Part shown: one piece after another, positions 57,159-64,000 of the stretch
Position numbering within the stretch: position 1 is the stretch's first letter
Layout of the letters: each line of letters starts with the position of its first letter
Virus record (IMG/VR): IMGVR_UViG_3300035698_015907
Length of the DNA stretch: 64,000 bases
Direction: 5' to 3' (one strand)
DNA from: a virus
The notes under the pieces: model-generated
What the model was told of the DNA's origin: nothing
Seen by the model: only the letters and a program-made list of their open reading frames with translations
Database searches by the model: none
Made by a program: the position numbers and the translations under genes

Positions 57159-57641
57159 ATGGAAAATTGGAATGGCATAAGTGCCGTTACTGTCTGTTTC
57201 AGGTCTGGAAAGAAGATTGAATATTCTTCGTTAGAAGAAGCTGTTTCTCATTCCACATATGCTGAAATTGAGACAGAGTCCAAAGATCAGCATGATTTGA
57301 TTATTCCTGCTTGGAAAATCAAAGAAGTTTCTGATAAAGTTCCGAGGATTTATCGGAGCTGGAAAAGATTTGCTAACAGGAAATTCAAGTTTCGAGACGG
57401 TCCTGTTCCTTATGTGCGCAGCAAGCGCGGTGGTAGGGCTGGAGGAGTTCATAAAGGAAAGCTGAAGCAGCAGCTTGTTTCTTCTTATCAGTATCTTGAT
57501 GATATGGAAGAATCAGAAGGTTATCTCAAGCCGTGCACACGAAATGTTCGTCCGTTCTTTTTCTGGAATGATTATTATGAAGAAGCCGGTTTGAGAAATA
57601 ATAACTGGAAGCGCTTCAGGAAACAGCAATACAAAAATTAA
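57159..57641 (+). CDS. Hypothetical basic protein
   Basis: GGAG RBS; FRDGPVP and WKRFRKQQYK motifs. Confidence 0.6.
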   Translation: MENWNGISAVTVCFRSGKKIEYSSLEEAVSHSTYAEIETESKDQHDLIIPAWKIKEVSDKVPRIYRSWKRFANRKFKFRDGPVPYVRSKRGGRAGGVHKGKLKQQLVSSYQYLDDMEESEGYLKPCTRNVRPFFFWNDYYEEAGLRNNNWKRFRKQQYKN

Positions 57642-57800
57642 TTTACTTTTTTGTTGACACAACAGCAAAAACGTGGTATAAATATAAACACAATCAATAA
57701 AGGAAATACAAAGTGACTTACAGTGAACGCGATTATCGTGAGGATTATTCAATCGAGTAAAGCTCGACGCGGACATCTGTTGCCTTGTATAGGCCAATCA

Positions 57801-57830
57801 GGGACCGAGTCGAAAGACCGGTCCTTTTTT
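57801..57830 (+). terminator. Rho-independent terminator
   Basis: GGGACCG-AGTC-GAAA-GAC-CGGTCCT then T run. Confidence 0.7.
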
Positions 57831-58027
57831 ATTGGGGAATTGAAATGGATAAGTACGATAATTATAACAAAAACGAACTTATCAACATCATGAAAGTTCG
57901 TATTCGAGCTGGTAACTGGACCGAAGCAAGGACTATCGGAGAGTATATCAGACAGAATTTTAGAGAGCCTGCAACCAAGGAGGGTGACACTACGTTGCTG
58001 GTTTGAAAAAATCTGTAAAAAGTTAAT

Positions 58028-58110
58028 GGGAAGGTAAAGCTAGTGGTTCTAGCAATGAGTCTGTAAAACTCATCCTAACGGGAGTGGATCGAAACCGCAC
58101 TTTCCCACCA
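58028..58110 (+). tRNA. tRNA-Tyr(GUA)
   Basis: Loop CTGTAAA, variable arm, ACCA. Confidence 0.9.
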
Positions 58111-58130
58111 CAATATGATCGGAGAATATT

Positions 58131-58433
58131 ATGTTTACGGGAGGAAAAGAAAACTTCCTTAAGAAAGATATTTCTGATAGAGACCTTGATGTTCTATTTG
58201 GTCCTTTTGAAGAAGGCGAAAAAGAGAAAGCTAATGTTTGGCTAGAAGATGCTGCTATGCTAGAAGATATAGTAGTGATGCTTGGGAAAATGCCATCAAA
58301 AGGACAAGCTAGAAAGAATGGATGGGGAGGAGAAATCCCCAAAGGTTTCAAAGAGTGGAAAATAGGAAAAACAAAGTTCTGGACTTGGGGTGGTTACAAC
58401 AAGGAAGAATTGGTGATAGAACAGATATGCTAA
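58131..58433 (+). CDS. Small protein resembling the S4-like C-terminal domain of TyrRS
   Basis: IVVMLG..PSKGQARKNG...KIGK. Confidence 0.5.
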   Translation: MFTGGKENFLKKDISDRDLDVLFGPFEEGEKEKANVWLEDAAMLEDIVVMLGKMPSKGQARKNGWGGEIPKGFKEWKIGKTKFWTWGGYNKEELVIEQIC

Positions 58434-58511
58434 AGAGTACTCTTTAGTATGATATGCGAAACATTTGCTGTTAACAAAATGTTAGAGGTGAGAGCCCTCC
58501 TATCACCGCCA
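58412..58511 (+). tRNA. Atypical tRNA-Asn(GUU)-like RNA with a greatly extended D hairpin
   Basis: GGTGATAG/CTATCACC-GCCA, long TGCTAAAGAG/CTCTTTAGTA hairpin, loop CTGTTAA. Confidence 0.6.
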
Positions 58512-58516
58512 TTAAT

Positions 58517-58591
58517 GTTCACGTATCCGTCTGGTGACGGAAGCTGTCTGTCTAACAGCCGAGGCGGGTTCGATTCCCGTCGTGAGCGCCA
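58517..58591 (+). tRNA. tRNA-Asp(GUC)
   Basis: Loop CTGTCTA, G73, CCA. Confidence 0.9.
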
Positions 58592-58651
58592 TTAAGTTGT
58601 TGATTGCGTAAATAGGTAATCCGAGATCCTACAATCAACAACTCTTTATAT

Positions 58652-58728
58652 ACCCACGTAGCTCAGCGGACAGAGTGCAACCCTGCGAAGGTTGAAGTCG
58701 GTAGGTTCAAATCCTCCCGTGGGTACCA
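58652..58728 (+). tRNA. tRNA-Arg(GCG)
   Basis: CAACC-CTGCGAA-GGTTG, A20, CCA. Confidence 0.88.
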
Positions 58729-58739
58729 ATACAAATAAT

Positions 58740-58820
58740 GCCCCTGTATCGCCCCTGCCTTCGAAGCAGTCGTTAAAAGCGTAATGGAGTATGCAGGTTC
58801 AAATCCTGTCAGGGGCTCCA
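58740..58820 (+). tRNA. D-arm-less rearranged tRNA-Arg(UCG)
   Basis: GCCCCTG/CAGGGGC-TCCA, CTGC-CTTCGAA-GCAG, same variable region as 54539. Confidence 0.7.
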
Positions 58821-58826
58821 TAATTT

Positions 58827-58902
58827 GTCCCGTTCGTCTAGTATGGAAGGACACCACCCTCTCAAGGTGAAAACAGGGGTTCCAATCCCCTACGGGATAC
58901 CA
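58827..58902 (+). tRNA. tRNA-Glu(CUC)
   Basis: Loop CTCTCAA, CCA. Confidence 0.9.
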
Positions 58903-58907
58903 AATAC

Positions 58908-58982
58908 GGCCCAGTCGTCTAGTGGCTAGGACACTTGCCTTTCAAGCAGGGAAAGAGGGATCGAAACCCTTCTGGGCTACCA
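58908..58982 (+). tRNA. tRNA-Glu(UUC)
   Basis: Loop CTTTCAA, CCA. Confidence 0.92.
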
Positions 58983-59594
58983 ATTCAAAGAATGTACAAA
59001 AGAAGTCTCCTGTGGTATATTAATTTATACCATAGGAGTTTTGTTATGAATGGTAGCTACGAATTTGAAATTCCTGAATTTAATAGACTGATCAAGTATC
59101 GTACTTCTGGTGACATTGTTCATTTTACATTAGACAAAAAAGAATTCATATTTCGCCAGAAATATACTAATAAAGCTATAAAATCAATGAAGAAATTTGT
59201 TGAAAGATCAAAAAATCCTTCATTACATAATATTGCAGCATTTAATAGTGTTTCAGGAAAATTAATTTCAGAATATGAATATATTACTCCGATAGAAATA
59301 GATCATAAAGGTTCTATTCTCTGTGAACTCTCAAAGACTAAGGGAGTATACCATATTTTGGGGCAGAAATTGTCACAGAATTATACACAGCGAAATTTTA
59401 ATCCTCATCACAAAAGTGAATTCGGAAAAAACATTAGATATAGTGTGCTGGTTTTTGATAATGGTTTAGAATTAGAACCATATGAAAATATTATTTTAGA
59501 AAATTTGAATAAGCAATATAGTGATCCAATTCTTAGCATATACACTTTCTGAATTCTAATAAATAAGATAGAATGCGGGGATGCTCTATCTTAT

Positions 59595-60146
59595 ATGAAA
59601 AATCTATTCACTAGTACACTGTCTTCTATAGCACTCGGTCTTTTATTAGCTGCTGTAGCGTGGTTATCATATATCAGTGCAGTGCACGAATATAGAAAAA
59701 ATATACCAGTATCATCTATTTTTACTGCTGCAGTGCAAGTTCCTAATTTTCCAGCTGGGGAAAATCCTCATGTAATTTATAATAGAGTAATATATCAAGA
59801 TTTTATTGGAAGTTTTTCTGTAGAAGTTAAAAGAATAAAAGATTCAGCAACACTTTGTATTGGAAGTATTTCAGGGTTAAAATATTCTGTAGACGAAAGT
59901 TTTGATGAAGAATTAGCAACTTTAGATTGGTATATAGGAAAGAAGTGTTCAGCAAATCTAAAACCAGGAAATTATTTTCTAGAGACAACATACACGATTA
60001 ATGTATCAGAAGTTGATTATCCAAGAAAATATTTAACAACGACATCTAATATTTTTTCTGTTATTGATCCCGCATTAGAAGAGAATCTTAAACAAAAATT
60101 ATTATCCAGTCCTGTACCGGTACAGGACTGGAATTGGGAGGATTGA
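59595..60146 (+). CDS. Membrane-anchored exported protein
   Basis: N-terminal TM helix, beta-rich body. Confidence 0.55.
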   Translation: MKNLFTSTLSSIALGLLLAAVAWLSYISAVHEYRKNIPVSSIFTAAVQVPNFPAGENPHVIYNRVIYQDFIGSFSVEVKRIKDSATLCIGSISGLKYSVDESFDEELATLDWYIGKKCSANLKPGNYFLETTYTINVSEVDYPRKYLTTTSNIFSVIDPALEENLKQKLLSSPVPVQDWNWED

Positions 60147-60150
60147 TATT

Positions 60151-60540
60151 ATGAACGATTGGATAAAACCTGTAATAGTTTTTGGTATAATTATATTAGT
60201 ATTAGTAGTTGGTGCAATTGCAATCAAATTCTATTACTTTTCTGATGATCCTTTGGTTGAACTTGGAATAGTTGAAGAAACAGAAGAAAAAGCTCCAATA
60301 CACGTAACACAATTTTCCTCCCATAGGACTAAAGACGAGGCTGCTAGAGCAGTAGAAATACATTCTAATAAGTATCCAGATCTTTTTAGATCGTCTGATT
60401 TAAAAGTATTCAGGGTTGAATTAGATTCAGGAACGTGGTATAGAGTTCTCTTACCAACTGAAACTAGAACACAATCAGAAGCGTTGTGTAATACGATAAA
60501 ATCACGGGGCGGAGATTGCTTAGTGTTATCATTCAACTAA
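60151..60540 (+). CDS. SPOR-domain (peptidoglycan-binding) membrane protein
   Basis: TM helix; Q..S.R...A, GTWYRVL, ALCNTIKSRGGDCLV. Confidence 0.8.
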   Translation: MNDWIKPVIVFGIIILVLVVGAIAIKFYYFSDDPLVELGIVEETEEKAPIHVTQFSSHRTKDEAARAVEIHSNKYPDLFRSSDLKVFRVELDSGTWYRVLLPTETRTQSEALCNTIKSRGGDCLVLSFN

Positions 60541-61152
60541 GATTTATCATAATTCTTTTGATGTTTTAAGACTTCGTCTGTTGAATTAACAGTCTTAACA
60601 TATTCACTATGTTTGTTAGGATGAAACAATGCAACAGAATGCATATCTTTATCAGTATCGCTCATAGAAAAATCAGCATGAACAACTCCATGAAAACCTC
60701 TACTTTTTAAATGATTTACTAGACCGTCTACTTCTTTGTGGGAATATTCTCCAACATTTCTATCTAGATGCGAATATACTGGATCATCTTTATGATGTTT
60801 AACAGATTTTCCGCTGATAGCTGCCATAGATTGTCTAACTTCATGTTCATTAGCTAATTTGACATTAGCTTTCATTTTTCGTATATGTATTTTCTGGTCC
60901 TTATCACCCACTAGATGGTCCTTCATGAAACGAAGCTTCAGTTTCTTTAGCACCATTATAACCTTTATGACCAGAAGTAAACCATGTCACAGGGTGTGAT
61001 GATTTTTCTTGCATTTTTGAATTATCAGAATATTTAGAAGCAGTAATATGATATAGAGGTGATCCAGCTTTAGGCGCTTCTAGATGCTTAGGAGTTTCAT
61101 GAGTAAATTCACCTTCTGCTTTATAGTTTTTATTTGTATCAGCTTCTAACAT
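60537..61152 (-). CDS. ADP-ribosyltransferase-fold-like protein split by a frameshift near 60925
   Basis: LYHIT...WFTS in the upstream frame; LKSRGFHGVV...VALFHPN in the downstream frame. Confidence 0.4.
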
Positions 61153-62866
61153 GAGCCGTCTATATGTATTAGTTAGATTTAGATGTATTTTAGAAATCCT
61201 TTTTGTCTTATTTATTAATTGACATTTATGATTATGTATGGTATTATAAAACAAATATCATGAAAGGTTTCTTAAATGAAGAAAGTTGTGTTGATTACTT
61301 TTGTTTCTAGTCTAGATGATGAAATTATCATCACTGTCCCAGAATTAGAAACACAGACTGTTAAGGATTATTTTACTCTCGGGGGAAGAAATCTTCAAGA
61401 TTATGACCGAGTAGAATATTCTGATGATATTTCTATCAACCCTAGGATGAGAATTAACGGTCAGATTGCTAGCTCTAGCAATTAGTAAAATCCATAGTTA
61501 TATGAAAGAATTAACATGGCAAAAGTTACAAATCGCGCAATCATCTCGTTTTCAGCAGTATTAACATTAGAAGAAGAAGAAATTAGAGCGCTTGATGCTT
61601 TAGTTGGATATGGTGATGATGCTTTCATAGAAGAATTTAAGGAACGTCTTGGGAAATCTTATTTGCGCGATCATGAAAATGGTTTGCGTTCTGCTTTCAG
61701 TGCTATTCGCAGCCAAGTTCTACCAGCACTAAGTACTATTGATGAAGCTCGGCGCCGGTTATCAGTTGATGTGCCCAATAGTTAATTGTACATGAGAAGA
61801 TTGTTATGAGCAATAAGCATGTTATGAAGTTTAAAGGAAAAACTTTTACTTTCACGGATGATGATATTATCAAGTGGTCAGTTGGTATTGAATTGACTTC
61901 TAATAATATTGTAGAAGAGTGTGTCCTATTAGCTCTTACTGATAATTGGCTAGATGACATTGAACACTCACAGCTTGCTCATACTCCAAGAAAAGAACTT
62001 GATGATTTTTTCGAGTTTGGTATGACTGCACTAATCAAAAAAATCTTCAAAAAAGAAAAAACTACTGTCTAAATCCAATCTTCAGAAAAAAAAGAAGTGT
62101 TGACATTGTGCTACTATTGTGGTACAATGTTTACATTATTGACACCCTCTGGAGTAGAATATAATGCAGGGTGAAGTCACCATATCTAATAGAATAATAA
62201 ACTACGATATAATAAGAGGATTTTTTCATATTAAATCATCTTGGTTAAAAGAGATGAATGATATTATGTACGTTAATATGTCTGATAAAAATGTCAAATA
62301 TGTTTTTGAAGATTATATTATGGGTGAAGAAATGAATGGTTTTATATATGGTCCCGAAGATAAAACCGTAAATCATGTTTTAGTTATTTGGGACGATTAG
62401 GAAGATAATGACAACAATTAATACTGCAGTGTTGTTCCCTGATGTAAGCATGAGTGAAGTCATGCATAAATTCAGAGCGTCAAAAGGAACAATAATTCTT
62501 AGAGCTTATTCTCCAAAAGCTGCTAGGCCTAAGAAGCCTAAGTTTGAACCAGGTCAGCCTAGAGTAAAGCTTGAAAAAGAAGTAAATCTACAACATTGGA
62601 ATATTGATTTTATTGGGCCAAGACCTGAATTAACTGGTTTAGCTCATGAAGGTTGATAATGAAAGGGAACATAATGACAGTTGACAGATTCAGCAACTAA
62701 GAAAAGAAGAAGTAGAAAGAACAAAAGCGATCCATTATCTCAAAAAGAATCAGATCGTTTAGTTCAAGAATTTCTTGACTCTGGCGGAAAGGTTAAGAAA
62801 TATAGAACTGGCGCCACTTCAAAAAAGAAAGAATAGACATTTCGTCTAGAAATTAAAGGAAATTAA

Positions 62867-63334
62867 ATGAATAAGTTTATTACTGCAGCTTTTGCTGCTC
62901 TTGCTCTTGCTTCGGTAAGTATGCCTGCTGTATCACAGGATCAGGTTGAGATTGGACGTCTCTCTTGTGATGTAGATGGAGGTCTAGGTTTTATTATCGG
63001 TTCTAGCAAGGATATGTCCTGCGCTTTTATTCGGGCTGGACAAGAGACTGAATATTTTGATGGCACTATCAAGAAGCTTGGTCTTGACATTGGATTCACG
63101 GCCGCCAGCAGAATTGAATGGCTAGTCTTCTCAGCAAATCCTAGTCAGGTCGAAGAAAGCTCACTTGCTGGTACATATGTAGGTGCTTCTTCTGAAGCAA
63201 GTCTCGGTGTTGGACTTGGTGCTAATTGGTTGGTAGGCGGATCGGAACGTGGTGTTGCACTCCAGCCATGGAGTGCTCAGGGATCGCTCGGTCTTAATCT
63301 CACTATGGCAGTTGCTACGCTCGAGCTTTATTGA
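62867..63334 (+). CDS. DUF992-family exported protein
   Basis: Signal peptide; G.LSCDV.GG.GFIIGSSK, GLDIG, GLGAN.LVGG, LQP.S.QG..GLN. Confidence 0.85.
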   Translation: MNKFITAAFAALALASVSMPAVSQDQVEIGRLSCDVDGGLGFIIGSSKDMSCAFIRAGQETEYFDGTIKKLGLDIGFTAASRIEWLVFSANPSQVEESSLAGTYVGASSEASLGVGLGANWLVGGSERGVALQPWSAQGSLGLNLTMAVATLELY

Positions 63335-63813
63335 TCAAAACGGGAGGGGAATTTCCCTTCCCAATCTATATGAAAGAAAAACATGCAAGAAATTACTCCT
63401 GCTACCAAGAAAATAATTCATTCTATCACTTGTGATTGTTGTAAAGTGAAATATGATGATATTTTTGAAATTCAAGAATTTTTATCATGGGAAGATGTGG
63501 CAGGATACGGTAACAGCAATTATGGTGATGGAAGTAAGTTGGCTCTAGATTTATGCCAATACTGTACTGCGAATTTATTAAGTAGATATATCAGACGCGA
63601 AGAAGATTATGTTTGAATTTATAATAGTAATTATTTGGTTATTTTTCGCAGGTTGGTCATTTGGAAATCTTATTTCTGATTATGATTATGATAAATCAAA
63701 AGATTCTTTTGTTCCAATATTCATGTTCTGTTCTGTTTAGCTTTTGCACCTTTTGTTGCTGGTGTGATATTAGCAGAAATAACAATAAAAAACAAATCTA
63801 AAGAAGATGAAAA

Positions 63814-64000
63814 ATGAAAAATTCTGAAGACGACTATATTACTGCCTCAAATAGAAAATTCCTTTATGGTGCGTTCGGTATTGTATTTCTAATTGTATTT
63901 CTAATTGTTACTTGGATGGTTGTTGCTCCGCAGTATAATGTCTGGGCTCAGAGGCTAGCTGGTGAAGCTAGACTAGAAGAAGCTAAGTCTTCACGACAGA
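63814..64000 (+). CDS. SPFH/band-7-like membrane protein (partial, runs off the window)
   Basis: TM helix then PQYNVWAQRLAGEARLEEA. Confidence 0.6.
   Translation, partial: MKNSEDDYITASNRKFLYGAFGIVFLIVFLIVTWMVVAPQYNVWAQRLAGEARLEEAKSSRQ

Noticed and set aside
42996-61152. Programmed frameshifts at 43094, 48779 and ~60925
   Set aside because: Single-base indels in short homopolymers without a canonical slippery heptamer or downstream structure; more likely sequencing error or mutation.
1-64000. Genome-wide TAG recoding (genetic code 15/16)
   Set aside because: Core genes such as rnh (4346) and phoH (2666) end at TAG at their expected C-termini, and long core genes contain no internal TAG.

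Overview
This is a 64-kb segment of a large, AT-rich T4-like myophage genome, most likely infecting an alphaproteobacterium of the Rhizobiales/Caulobacterales type. The host inference rests on a permuted two-piece tmRNA with an ANDN...ALAA tag, a tRNA-His without G-1 (G1:U72, A73), and DUF1127- and DUF992-like genes. Positions 1-33 kb (minus strand) carry T4 core genes (gp32, gp59, gp33, phoH, rnh, nrdB/nrdA/glutaredoxin, gp61 primase), virion genes, and accessory nucleotide, NAD and RNA-repair enzymes (NadM-Nudix, a stand-alone class II aaRS-like core, CCA-adding enzyme, RtcB). From ~33 kb the plus strand carries a Ro60/TROVE-vWA (DUF2828-like) gene, about 43 tRNA or tRNA-like genes covering all 20 amino acids, tmRNA, a ~0.9-kb GOLLD-like RNA, thymidine kinase, Pth2 and DNA ligase; an endolysin cassette lies on the minus strand. 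The best candidate for an undescribed system is a dispersed family of 4-5 small RNAs downstream of the Ro60-like gene. Each has a terminal stem followed by a TTACAGCA motif and encloses a different tRNA-derived cargo (anticodon stem-loops, a circularly permuted tRNA body). They look like non-canonical Y RNAs and sit within a phage-encoded tRNA repair/rescue toolkit. Also notable: an amber (CUA) tRNA together with three genes with in-frame TAG, D-arm-less rearranged Arg tRNAs, a miniature gp23 paralog, and two recoded GC-rich patches that avoid the same trinucleotides. All calls were made by eye; no database searches or folding programs were run.
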